A DNA stretch of 64,000 nucleotides from positions 1,922,001-1,986,000 of the forward strand of contig OZ176050.1 in assembly GCA_964247055.1 (NCBI GenBank), given 5' to 3'. Below are positions 1-12,052 of the stretch, in pieces. This DNA is from Paragordius varius (lineage: Eukaryota > Animalia > Nematomorpha). Made by a program: the position numbers and the translations under genes. A model generated the notes under the pieces. That model saw only the letters and a list, made by a program, of their open reading frames with translations, ran no database searches and had not been told where the DNA came from. How positions within the stretch are numbered: position 1 is the stretch's first letter; every line of letters starts with the position of its first letter.

Positions 1-15
1 ACATTAAAAACCTAG

Positions 16-307
16 ATCAAATTGCAATCATTAATTTTTGATACAGAAAAACCTATATTTGAAAAAATACAGGGCGCGGTATATTCAGACGGGGAAATAT
101 TGATTGATAATGTAGATGATGACATAGAAAATCCGAGTATAATTATTATAATTTAAAAATAGATATCAAATCAGACACGAAAGAATCACCGAGTATTTGA
201 TATAATTTTGGAAAGGTAAAAAAGAATCCACCTACAAGGAACTGAGATCACTGCAAATTGAGCTCACAAAGCTCAAAAGAAGGAAAAAATTCTTATTAAT
301 AATATAA
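16..307 (+). CDS. 3' end of an unidentified intron-containing gene (exons 16-136, 163-192, 216-307)
   Basis: Acceptor CTAG at 12-15, then GT-AG introns of 26 and 23 nt (both phase 1) give an open frame IKLQSLIFDTEKPIFEKIQGAVYSDGEILIDNVDDDIENPNIKSDTKESPSKKESTYKELRSLQIELTKLKRRKKFLLII*. No family recognised; the 5' part lies outside the window. Confidence 0.5.
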
Positions 308-1102
308 CAAATGATACTTAATAAATATATTGATATGTTTATATTTATTTAAAAATTCATATATCTTAATATTTTATAAAAATATAACCGATATTATATT
401 AAGTGAAAAAATAATAGTTTAAAATGTTGCCATTTACCAGCTTAAAAAAAACCAGTATGTACTAGGTAAAATTTGTAAAAAGACAATTTTTATTCAATGA
501 TATTTGTCAGTATATACTGGTAAACATAGTACGTACTGGATAGTAAAAGCAATATATTTTATTATTCAATACATAGCTAGTATATACTGGAAAAAACCTA
601 GTTTTTAGTATATACTAGCTTTTATTCAGCAGGCCCTATATTTAGATATTTTGGCTTTTATAATTTTTTGTGGAAAGAATTATTGTTTTAAGTAATTTTT
701 CAAAATTTCAACTTTAAATGGGGTATTTGGATCCAATTTAAAATAACTTTATTAATTTTTGCACGCATCAATAAGTAGACAAACTATTGTTTAAAAATGT
801 GATCGGGTAATTACTTAAACTATTTTCTCCTGTATTGGATATAAAACTTAAAGTTTCACGTTTTTAAACTTCACACGAATTTGGATAGCTCAAAAACAGT
901 AATAGAAGCAAACAGATATTAAAATCAATAATCTGGAATAAAAAATTAAAAAGTTTTAACAGCTAATATATTTATCAATTTAATTATATAGATTAAATCT
1001 AAAGGAAAATTTCGGGCCAAAAAGTGTTACAATTATACATTTATATATGTCATGCGCCTAAAATCTATAATAGCATATATCAAATATTATATTTATTATA
1101 CC

Positions 1103-1605
1103 TAGGGTTGTGCATTTGACTGCTTTTTTTAAAAAAGTCCGGTCAGACAGGGTCAGACATGACCACTTTACCTAAGTAAATACCATGCGATATTAGATTA
1201 TGAAATTACTTCTTAATTTTCAAATACCTCGCTTTTAATACTGGATATTTCAAATAAAATTTTTCCTGTTTCTTTTACACTTTCTTTGATCATTGAAATA
1301 TCCAATTATAAAATGTTTTTTCATTTTATTAGTTCACATACATGGAATAATTGAATATTTATAAAAAGTTGGATTGTTTTATCGAAATAACTGGATATGA
1401 TAAAATGCCAATGTTTTAAGGATGCAAGTTTAACATTTTAAATTTTTAAATAAAATTTAAATATAAATATATTTTTTAATATATTAAAAAATAACTTACT
1501 ATTTTTCTTTTTCTTCCAAAAAAAATACCAGCAATTTTTCAAAAAACAGCTGAAATGACCATTGTCAAAAAATAAATAGTCACTGACCTGGTCAGCACAA
1601 CCCTA
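1103..1605. mobile_element. Non-autonomous hAT-type MITE
   Basis: TIR TAGGGTTGTGC...GCACAACCCTA; perfect 8-bp TSD ATTATACC at 1095-1102 and 1606-1613. Confidence 0.82.
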
Positions 1606-1619
1606 ATTATACCTTTTAA

Positions 1620-2176
1620 CACTTCGATTCAAATTAAGGCCCAGACTATATTCAAATTTATATTTAAAAAACTACTGAAGGAAATGGTCCAATTCCAATT
1701 TATGCTTCTATCCTATTCAAAATTATATAAATAAGCCGAAAAATAATAAAATTTGGTTTTGAAGAAAAGTTCCATATCAAACTACTTCGCCGCCATTTTT
1801 ATTTTACAACATTTTTGCAAAATATCGTGTTTATTTGATATTAAAGCTAAAATGAAAGGTAATTTTTTTAATCACATCTAACATTGATAGAAAGAGAAAA
1901 AATAAATTACTTTGTATTATTAAATTTAGCTAAGGCACACATGTCATGTTGACTAAATTTTTACCTTTCGGTTTTAGCTCAAAATAAGTAATATCAAGTC
2001 TTTTTGAATAAAAATTTTAATATATTTCGGTTTATTAACGTTATATAAGTTCAAAATTTTGTTATATTTTCGATTCTTTCCATATTTTATAAAGAACTTT
2101 ATTTTAAACAGGCATGGACTATTTAACTACCCCAATTTGAATCCAAGGACTAAAATGAATGTGTTGTATCCAAGTG
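1620..2176 (+). mobile_element. piggyBac-like MITE (family also at 11514-12052, 59372-59941, split copy 22876-22989/25401-25440)
   Basis: Ends CACTT(C/G)GAT(T/A)CAA...TTG(A/T)ATC(C/G)AAGTG flanked by TTAA (left) and CTAA (right); internal sequence shared with the other copies. Confidence 0.62.
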
Positions 2177-2259
2177 CTAACATAGATATAACTCTGACAT
2201 ACAAAACTATGTAATGGATTTCCAAATTTATTTTATGATCATGTGTAAACGTTGCATTC

Positions 2260-2796
2260 ATGCCTGAAAAGCTTCCTCTTCAATCTGTTCAAGTTTATGG
2301 TCGTAAAGTAAATTATTTTTTTAATTTTTAGAAAACGGCCACCGCAGTAGCGCATTGTAAACGTGGTAAGGGTTTAATCAAAGTTAATGGCCGTCCATTG
2401 GATATGGTTGAGCCTCGTACATTAAGGCTTAAAGTTAATTGTTATGTTATTTGCAGTTACAAGAACCAATTCTATTGTTGGGAGCAGATAGATTTAAATA
2501 TGTGGATATAAGAGTTAGAGTAAAAGGTGGTGGTCATGTGTCTCAAGTTTATGGTAAATTTTTATTAATAATATTTTAGCCATACGCCAAGCTATTTCGA
2601 AGTCCTTGGTCGCTTATTATCAAAAATGTATATTATAGAATTATATATAGATGTTGATGAAGTTTCTAAAAAGGAGATTAAAGACATTTTGGCTAGCTAT
2701 GATAAATCCCTTTTAGTAGCCGATCCTAGAAGATGTGAACCAAAGAAATTTGGTGGACCTGGAGCTCGAGCTCGTTATCAAAAATCATACCGATAA
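2260..2796 (+). CDS. RPS16: 40S ribosomal protein S16 (uS9), 146 aa; exons 2260-2307, 2332-2433, 2457-2553, 2580-2627, 2651-2796
   Basis: Spliced translation [39 protein letters not shown]...[29 protein letters not shown]...[28 protein letters not shown]; four GT-AG introns of 24, 23, 26 and 23 nt. Confidence 0.97.
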
Positions 2797-2859
2797 ATAA
2801 ATTTATTTTATTGAATATTTTTTTCCAATAACAACAAGGCCAAAATTTGTTTTTATATA

Positions 2860-3388
2860 CTATTTGCACTTCAAGAGTGTCCTTGAACATTTCAAGTTGG
2901 TCCTTAAAATTTATAAATTTTGATTTAACCCTAATTTTTGCATTTATTTTTTAATTTTATTATTTATTAACCTAATTTTCTTAATTTATTATATTTTTAT
3001 TCAAAAAATAAAAAAAATTATTATAAACCACTTTTTTGATTTAAACTATTTTTTTTTCGATTGAACAAAATTATTGACTTTTAAATGTTTTTAATGAAAA
3101 ATTTTAATTAATAACCCAGAAAACTTATATATTTTTTCATTTCGTTTTAAAATCTTATATATATCCAAAATTATTTTAAGAAATTAAAAAAGATATACGG
3201 TTTTTCAAAGATTAAAAGTTGATATCGATTTAAAAATCTGTAAATAATAGAAAATAGGTTAAAAACAATAAAATAGATGAATTTACGATTTTATTGATAA
3301 AAATTAAAAACAAAAAAGTCAAAGGACCAACTTGAACTGTTCAATGACCAACTTGAATTGTGCAAGGACACTCTTGAAGTGCAAATGG
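2860..3388. mobile_element. TA-targeting MITE, 529 bp (family also 31554-32083; partial at ~19033, ~31250, ~44355)
   Basis: Long TIR C(C/T)ATTTGCACTTCAAGAGTGTCCTTGAAC with ~20-bp subterminal repeats; TA on both sides, in a TATA context. Confidence 0.8.
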
Positions 3389-3506
3389 TATATCACATGA
3401 TAAAAGTATATATCTTTTGAGCTAATAGAGAAATATTAATTATATCTGTTAACGCTCATTTTCACTTTTTTGTAATTGAAATAGTTGTCTACCCTACAAT
3501 TTAAAG

Positions 3507-4323
3507 CAGTGGTACTCACCAAAATAAATTGACGGGCCAAATAAAATATATTATTTTTTCGAGGGCCATGAACCTTATAATGGCAAATATTCCATAGCTA
3601 TTTGACACATATGCACATATTTATACTCTAAATCAGCACAATGATTTTTTGCGGATCGCATGTAAATCCAGCTAAAAACTCGTTTTGCACCATTTAAAAA
3701 ATTAAAATATTTCGTTTTATTTTGATATTAGCCAATAATTTTTGACAAGTTTCGCCTCATGACAGGCCAATCTTAATACGTAGTCCATATGATCATCGGA
3801 TAATTTACGTTTTTTAGCATTAGATGTCATCCTTTTAATTTATGTTTAAATATTATGTAAATTTTTTTTAAAAAATAGGAATATAATTTGAATATGCTAT
3901 AAAAAGACGAAATTTGATGATGTGATTTGGTAAATATTTTATGGAAATGAGTATCAGAAAATGATAAAAGATAGCAATGAAAAGAATATGCAAGTTTGGG
4001 TGAAAGGCTTGCATTACAAAAAAGGAATACAATAAAAATTTTAAAAAAGAAAAGAAAATACAGAAACGGAAACAACATGTGCTAAAATTTTGAAATCATC
4101 TTAATGTAGGAAAATTTTTCTACTTTTCAAATTGGGTAAAAAATAAAAATTACCAAAATTAACTTTAAAGAAAATAAATTAATATTAAAATACGCGAAAA
4201 TTCGCTTAGTGTATTTAAAAATTCATCAAAAAAAATAATTTATGTATCAATTTGGTCATAGGGCAATTTTAAAGCACTCTTAGGGCCGCATGCGGTCCGC
4301 GGGCCGCGGTTTGAGTATCACTG
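3507..4323. mobile_element. Internally deleted derivative of the Buster-type hAT element
   Basis: Same ends as 4997-7420 (CAGTGGTACTCA...TGAGTATCACTG); about 1.6 kb of interior missing; TSD not recognisable. Confidence 0.82.
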
Positions 4324-4639
4324 AAAAGTAAGAACAAACTATTTTTTGAAAGTTGTTTTGGATAGAAATATATAATACAACTTACTTTTTTTTCCTGTTT
4401 TAGATGATAAACTTAGAATTTTTAGTTTTCTAACTTTTAGAGCCCCAAATTCAGGTAGTTCCGAAAGAATGAAACGGACAACTAATATTAAAACAATAAT
4501 TATCAAACATTTGTTGGTAAATTCTAATTAGAAACCATCTTAAATTATTTGTATATTTTAATCATAATATACATTTTTTTCCGTGTTAACTTCATCATTT
4601 CAAAAAGATCAAAGAAAAAATGACGGCGAAAAAGATACG

Positions 4640-7600
4640 CTATTTTCTCCTTTCAAAGGAGGTAAGCGTGTTATAGTTTTCCATTTGTTTCTGTCTTCTG
4701 CTTGTTCGATTTTGATATTGGGAAAATCAGGTCTTCTTGAATGGTGGATTAGGTTTTATAAGGTCTGGCTTTTTTGTTTTTATTATTGGTTGAATAAGAC
4801 TATTTAGTTTGTGTCTTGCGCTCTGTGGATGTGACCAGCCCAACGCAAACGGTACCCGGATAGTTGCATTCATTGGTTTAATTTTTAGAGTTTGATAGGG
4901 GCAAAATTTGGCTTGGAAATCGTAGATGTTAGGGTTATTTGCCAATAAATGGCGTTTAGGATTTTTTGCTCGTCCTTTTGCAGTGATAGTATAATTCAGT
5001 GGTACTCACCAAAAAAATTTGACGGGCCAAATAAAATATATTTTTTTTAAAGGGCCATGAACCTTATAATGGCAAATATCCCATAGCTATTTGACAATTA
5101 TGTCACATATTTATACTTAATATCAGCACAATGATATTTTTGCTGATGTAATCCAGCTAAAAACTCGTTTTGCACCATTTAGTTTAAAAAATATTTTGAT
5201 AACAACATTATTTTTGATATTACCAATAATTTTTGACAAATTTGGTTTTGCCTCATGACAATCCAATCTTAATAGGTCGTCCATATGATCATCGGTTAAG
5301 CGATTTCTGTATGTATTCTTGATATGCCGTCTCAAACGTGTAAGTTAGGGAAAAACAGTTAGGATAACTTGAGCACATTTTTTTATATTTTCATATTTAT
5401 TTGGCACATCTTGCAAAAACTCTACATATCTTTCTTCTCTACATCCTTGAATATAGCCTCCAAATTAGAATCTTTAAAATCTACGTAATGATATGCGCCT
5501 GATCAAAACCGAAATGCTCAGGTTGTTTAATATTGGATATATCCATATGCCATGGATTTTCAACGAGTTTTAAGCAATTTTTAATATTTCTTAATTCTTT
5601 AAATCTGAATTTCATCTCATTAGATAAAAATGTTAAATGATTGCTTATTATTAACTTAATTTCCGCGGTAAATTTTATATTATCTTCAGGAATTGTTTTA
5701 AGTATTCAAAAATATAGGAGTGTTTTATTTATAAAATATTGTTTATATATTATTAAATTTTCTTCATCAAATATTTGATTAGATTTGGTTATTATTTTGC
5801 TCCCGAAGTGTATTTAAGATACTAAGTTTATAAGTAATGTGTAGTTAACGCACAATTTGTCACTTTTGATTTCCTCATCATACTTTCTGTTATCATTTAG
5901 AAATATTATTTCATGTCTTATATTTAACTGAGGCTTAACCATCTGACACCGGTATACAAAAGAATATCATCAAACACACTGAGGATATCTTTCAGAAGGT
6001 TTTTGAATTTACAGCGGTTGAATTCTCTGCCATTGATGTGGTTAACTATATCCACAATCGTTTTAATTACTGAATTGAGTATTCATTTACACGCGAAACC
6101 AGGTTTTGCTGATGATTAAAGCAGAGAAAGGATAAAATATTTTGCAAATTATATTTGTTTTACAAAAGAGAAATAAATCATTTGTTTATTCCTATCATAG
6201 AGGAACAGCCATCTGTTCAGATCAAAACCAATTTTTTTATAGATATATCATTATTATAGAAAAAAGTGCTAATTATTTCGAGAAAATCACTCTCTTTGTC
6301 GTATTATTAATTGGAAAATTTTATATATATTCATCATTGTTTATGTTGTCGATGCAAAATCACACATGAGCGTACAATGAGGAGCTGAACTAATATCAGT
6401 GCTGGAATCAATAGCAATACTAAAATATTTGCAGTTTTTTACAGCCAATAATGTATTGTAAATAAATTTAGACATATCCTCAATGCGTCGAGTACATGTT
6501 GAATCAGAAAGTTGAAGTTTTTTAATTTGCCTCATGATCTGATGTTACTATGAAATTTATCAAATTAAATAAGCAACCTTTATTAGACATTCTTTTATTA
6601 GTTGGCAATCAGTAAACGGTTTCATATTTTTTCCTATAATATAGCAACTTTCATACGAGCTAATGTTAAAGCTTTTTACTGGAAGAAAGCTATGGACTAA
6701 TAGATTTTTCTTTCTGGTATAATTTCTTAATCTTCTTATATTTTTTTATTTTTTCCTCATTTTCTGGTAATTTATGAGAATGATGGATTGATGTCTTTCA
6801 ATATTGTATTTTTATAATTATGTTGTCTTAATATATATAAGGCAGGTAACATTTTTATTTAAAACGACAAGAATTTTTTCCATTCTTCTTTTTAAAAAGA
6901 GCGATTTTCATCGGATAATTTACGTTTTTCAGCATTAGATGTCATCCTTTAAATTTATGTTAAAACATTATGGTACATTTTTCAAAAAAAGGAATATAAT
7001 TTGCATTATGCTATAAAAAATAGGTCGAAATTTAATGATGTTGATTTGAAAAATATTTTATGGGAATGAGTTATAAAAAATGATGCAGGATAGCTATGAA
7101 AAGATATATGTGCAAGTTTGGGTGAAAATGCTTAAATACAAAAAAGGAATGCGACAATTTTAAAATGTAAAAGAAAATAGAATGCAGAAACCAAAACAAC
7201 GGCCAAATTTAAATCATCTAAATGTAGGGAAATTTTTTACATTTTATATTGGGTAAAAATAGAAATCGCCAAAATTAAATCTAAATAAAATAAATTAATA
7301 TTGAAATAAGCGAAAATCCGATTATGTGAATTTTAAAAATTCATCAATAAAAAAAATAAGATCAATATGGCCATAGGGCAATTTTAAAGCACTCTTAGGG
7401 CCGCGGTTTGAGTATCACTGGTATAATTGATTTCATAGGCCATTCCGTACCATATAGTATAGCAGGACGTATAGCCGTCAAAAAATTTTTTGCCTTTCAA
7501 CTAAGTAAGACGTATTTATTATTTACTATGCGCAGACTATGATACTTTTTCCAGGCGGCTTTGATTCTATGCGATATGGCCGATTCTATACCACCACTAG

Positions 7601-8573
7601 CATCTAAAGTATCACCTAGGTATGTAAATTTGTCGAACTGAGATCTTATGGTTATTGTACTGCACGGGGCGAAAAACTTTTTAAAGTGGAGCATTTTTTA
7701 TGTACCCAATTTAAACATTTGTTACACTTTATTGAATTTGACGTTAAATTTAATGAGCACACGGACAGGCCCATTTTATTGTCTTGTTTTCATCGCACAT
7801 TAATTTGGCGTTAGATGTCTTCACCTTTAAACCGAATTTACTTAGGGTATCCTTCCATAAATTTAATTTTTCCATTAATTCCGTTGCTGATGTTGCGCAT
7901 AATATTAAGTCATCAGCGTAAGAAGTTCAAAAGATAAGCATTTTCGGATGTCTTTTGTGATCTCCATAATTAAAATGAATAAAAGCGGGCTCAGTATAGA
8001 ACCTTGGTGTAGGCCGTTTTCAAGTGGGATGAGGTTCGTATCGCCAACGCTTGTACGGATTACAGTTGAGGTGTTCTTATATAGTGCTTCTTTTATTTGT
8101 ATCATATTTTTCTCTATACCTTGCTTTCTGAACGACCAAGCAATCAGGTGTTGCGGGACTGAGAAAGCTTGTACCATGTCTACAAACGCATAGTGGAGAG
8201 GACGATTTCTAAGGTGAGCATTTTTTAATTGTCAGATTATAAATATTGCATCTATAGTACCCTTGTTTTTTGAAAATCTAAATTGCATAGAATCTATGCT
8301 GCAGTGTCGACGGATTCTGTTGGCTATCAGATTTTCAAAGATTTTAAACCATGTTCTAAGATGGGTATGGGAGAAAGTTGGAGACGTTAAAACGATTTTC
8401 TTTGCCCTTATAAATTGGGATTGTATTGCAGCCAATCAGTGGGTATAATATTATTTATTGCTATATTGTTTGCAAGATTTTTAAAATGATCTACAAATAA
8501 ATTATGATCTAGGGCTCTAAATACATCATTTGTGATTTCCGATAAACCTAGCCATTTATTACTTTTCAAATTC
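4640..8573 (-). mobile_element. Decayed RTE-clade non-LTR retrotransposon (RT and C-terminal region), interrupted by the hAT element at 4997-7420
   Basis: RT-like peptides QFRFSKNKGTIDAIFII, GLHQGSILSPLLFILIM, FDKFTYLGDTLDASGGIESAISHRIKAAWKKY, AIRPAILYGTEW and the 3' motif AEDRNKWKTI; several frameshifts and stops. 3' boundary approximate. Confidence 0.78.
4997..7420 (-). mobile_element. Buster/Charlie-type hAT DNA transposon, 2424 bp, with pseudogenised transposase
   Basis: TIR CAGTGGTACTCA...TGAGTATCACTG; perfect 8-bp TSD GTATAATT (nnnTAnnn); minus-strand remnants LQLSDSTCTRRIEDMS...FSIAIDSSTDIS, LLYTGVRWLS and KNTYRNRLTDDHMDDLLRL. Confidence 0.92.
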
Positions 8574-9185
8574 CTCACCCAATGGTCATTCAGACTTGCT
8601 TGCGTTCGGGCTTCATTATTATTTTTGTTACCATTCACTATATTATCTCGCCGGCAACACCTGCCAAAATGACCTCGTCCTTTGCATCGGTAACACTCTT
8701 TGCTTGAAGCGGGACACCAGTTGATCGCATGCACGTACCCACATTTTCCACACTTTTTTCTTATCATCATCACCTGCCTATTGTAGGGACCCTGATCAAT
8801 CAAACAACTGTCCGCCTTTTCGTACGCCATTGCCATTTCTACCACCATCTCCAACGTAACCGGTTTCCCATCAAACATTGCATCTGGAAATTTTGTGAAC
8901 AGATCTATTTCCAATCTTTTGAGTTGTAACCCTCCAACAAACCCATGTCTGATTCTTAGCATTGCATCTTGCCCAAAGTTGCACCGGGCAGCACATTCCT
9001 TTACTCGAATCAAATAATCCATCACTGATTCCGTGGCTTTCCTCTGGAGTTCCGTAAACTGGAACATGGCTGCAAACACATTGTATGTCGCAAATATTTT
9101 TTTCCAGCTGCTACCAAAGCATTCCAGCCCATTTCCTTTAACAGTACGGGATAAAAGAATTTCTTCAACTTTGGAATATGGGATA
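8574..9185 (-). mobile_element. Orphan Ty3/Gypsy gag fragment with two zinc knuckles
   Basis: ORF 8408-9079: FTELQRKATESVMDYLIRVKECAARCNFG...FVGGL, CGKCGYVHAINWC and CYRCKGRGHFGRCC; one frameshift upstream (~9100). No LTR or pol seen. Confidence 0.78.
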
Positions 9186-9502
9186 GACCGTAGTAAATTA
9201 AACTATATTAAAGGTGCAAAAAGAGTAATATTTTTTTGGCTAAGCCAGTGCTAACCGGGCTCAGGACCGCATGCGACCTAATATTGATTTTTTATGGCCC
9301 TGAATCATTAGAAATTTTGTGATATGCTTTTTGGTGTATAAATATCTACAAATGTGTCAAACAGCTAAAAAATATTTATCTATCTATATTATATGATGTA
9401 TCGCCTTTGACAAAAAAAATTTTTTACGACCCTTAAATTTTGGTGGGTACCACTGATCTAAACTAATTTTTATACACTGAGAAATATAAATAGCAAAACA
9501 AT

Positions 9503-10503
9503 GGGTCGGGTGATGAAAAATTTTTTTTGACTTGGCTTGCAAGTTTTCAAGTCATGTCTTGCTTTCATGTGATAAAAAAAATTTAACATTAAACAACTTA
9601 AGTCAAGCAAGAATACTTGATAAGGAGGTGATAAAAAATCACATGTTCAAGTAAAACTTAAAGATTTTGCAAGTGTGGTGTAGGGCACACTGGACAGATT
9701 TAAAAATATGGATAAAATTATTTTGGAAATTATGTACAAAATTTAGGTTTTACATGGAATTCGAACCTTTGTTAATGCTATAAATTGTTAATTTGAAATT
9801 TTGGCTAATTAATCTATTCATTGGGTGGATACAAAAGAGGATAAATTTATAGAAAAAATCTGCTAATATTAAATAACAAGGCATATAAAAATATTCTAAA
9901 TATATCAATTCCGTGACCGCAGGATTCTCGAAAATTTTCTTAAAATTAATAATTAAATTTCAAATCTTCGTTAAACAAAAGGTTGCTTCACTATTAACCA
10001 ATGTAAAGAATTGATTTCATCATAAATTTATTTCGAATGTAATGTTTATAATCAATTAAAAATGATTATGTTATATTGTATAAACATCTTCGCATTATAT
10101 TTGCAAATGGACTCCAAACAAAATGTAGTGTGATAAAGAAATGGAAAATGTTTTAAAAGCGAATGGTTTCATCAATCTAAAAATTATTACCGGGCTCTAT
10201 TTAAAAAATTCTATAATATTAAATAAGATACTTGCCAGTAAGTTTGAAATACGTTAATTGCATATTGTATTAATTGTTTATCTTTTTGTGCCTTATTTCA
10301 TAAATTTTGGCTGAAAGTTATCAGAATAATTTCTGTAAAATTCGAATCGGGTGACAAAAAAGTGTTACATTCATAAGCAAAAAATTTGACTTAAAGTGTT
10401 TTTTTATCACCGATCTTCAAGTGTACACTTGCTGGCTTAAGACTTGCTCAACTTGCCACGCTTGATTTACAAGTCAAGTGCGACTTTTTTTATCACCCCA
10501 CCC
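9503..10503 (+). mobile_element. PIF/Harbinger (Tourist)-like MITE, 1 kb (fragments also at ~10800-11060, 58985-59268, ~62040-62600)
   Basis: TIR GGGT(C/G)GGGTGAT(G/A)AAAAA...TTTTTATCACCCCACCC; 3-bp TSD AAT on both sides. Confidence 0.75.
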
Positions 10504-11513
10504 AATATATATATTAATTTTAGTGCACAGACTCATCCCGTTATAAAGGTGAGCTATCTTAAGACATATGCAAAAGAGCCGGAAGCGGGATAATTAAAAA
10601 AACTTATTTTTGGTTTATTTTTCTTGTAGCATATATATTGTATAAATGATGAAGACGGTTAAAAAACATACATAATATCTACTAATTTTTAACATTTCCT
10701 TAGATGATTTTATATAAAACGTTATAATTAAATGGAAAAAATGATTTATCATAGCGTCTGGTCCTTCAAATATATTACATTCGGATGTTTTCAGATTTCA
10801 CACAATTTTCATAGAAAAAACGGTATTTAATCGAATAAATTCGGTATCAAGGTAATAAAAAATGATATGATCTGGTAAAACTTGGATTTTGGAAGTGTGG
10901 AGTAGACACTTACAGATTTAATAAATAGTTTTGGCAACTATTTATCCTTTGTTAATGTTATTAACTGTTTATTTGATAATTTTTGGTTAATTATCCTATT
11001 CAAATTGGGTGGATTCGAAAGAGGATAAAATTTTTGAAAAATTTTGCTAATTTGTAAGAGCATTTCATTTGAAAGTAACCTAAATTCATTGATTCTAAGG
11101 GGCCCTAAAAACATTTGCTAAAATCACATATGTATTTTGATATATTTTAAAATTCCAAAAAAGGAAACTTATTTGGAATTAATATTATTATATTCTTAGA
11201 TTGATTTATCAATACCACCTACCTTATTATTGGAAAAATGGTTCGTTAATTCTTTTGAAGATAAAATAGATTGTTTCAATTGTAAATGTAATAAATCGAA
11301 ACAATAAAAATAATAAATTTCATGGCCAAAAAAATTGAAGATTTAAAAATCCTAATCTTTAATGAATTCTTTAACTCATCTCAATGATCTAAATTAAATC
11401 CTTAAAAGGTATTATTTCATACCTTCTAATTTGATGAACAATAGATTATCGCTTTAAAATTTTATTTACGAAAATATTTAGGATTAATGAAATATTCCTA
11501 TCTAATTAAATAT

Positions 11514-12052
11514 TACTTGGATACAACACATTCATTTCAGCACTCGATTACAATTGGGGTAGTAGAATACTCAAGGCCTGTTTAAAATTAAACAATTTAA
11601 AAATGTGAAATGAAATTATGGCATTTTCACTCATATAACATTAATGAATTCAAATATATAAAAATGTTCATTCAAAACTACTTGTTAATACTTATTTTAA
11701 GGAACTCAAGGTATTTAGTCAACATGACATTGCGTTAGCTAAAATAAATATTAATACAAAATAGTCCACTTTTTCTGTTTACATTAATATTAGTAAATTA
11801 AAAATTAGCTATTTTAGCTTTAACATTAAATTAACACAATATTTTGCAATTATGTTGTAAACAAAAATGGCGTCGAAATATTTTGATATGAAACTTTTTT
11901 TTCAAAACTAATTTTTATTTAGATATTTCGGTTTATTATATAATATTTTTAGGATGGAAGCATATAAATTGGAACGTTGCTTTCAATATTTTTTAAATAT
12001 CAACTTAAATATAGTCTGGAAATATTAAGATACCCCAATTCGAATCGAATTG
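11514..12052 (-). mobile_element. piggyBac-like MITE, reverse copy of 1620-2176
   Basis: Shared internal sequence; right end GAATCGAATTG followed by TTAA; left end diverged. Confidence 0.6.

Noticed and set aside
3827-4078. 83-aa hydrophobic ORF and most other 60-100-aa ORFs in the track
   Set aside because: They lie inside TEs, are antisense to real exons, or are low-complexity F/I/K/L/N products of AT-rich DNA.
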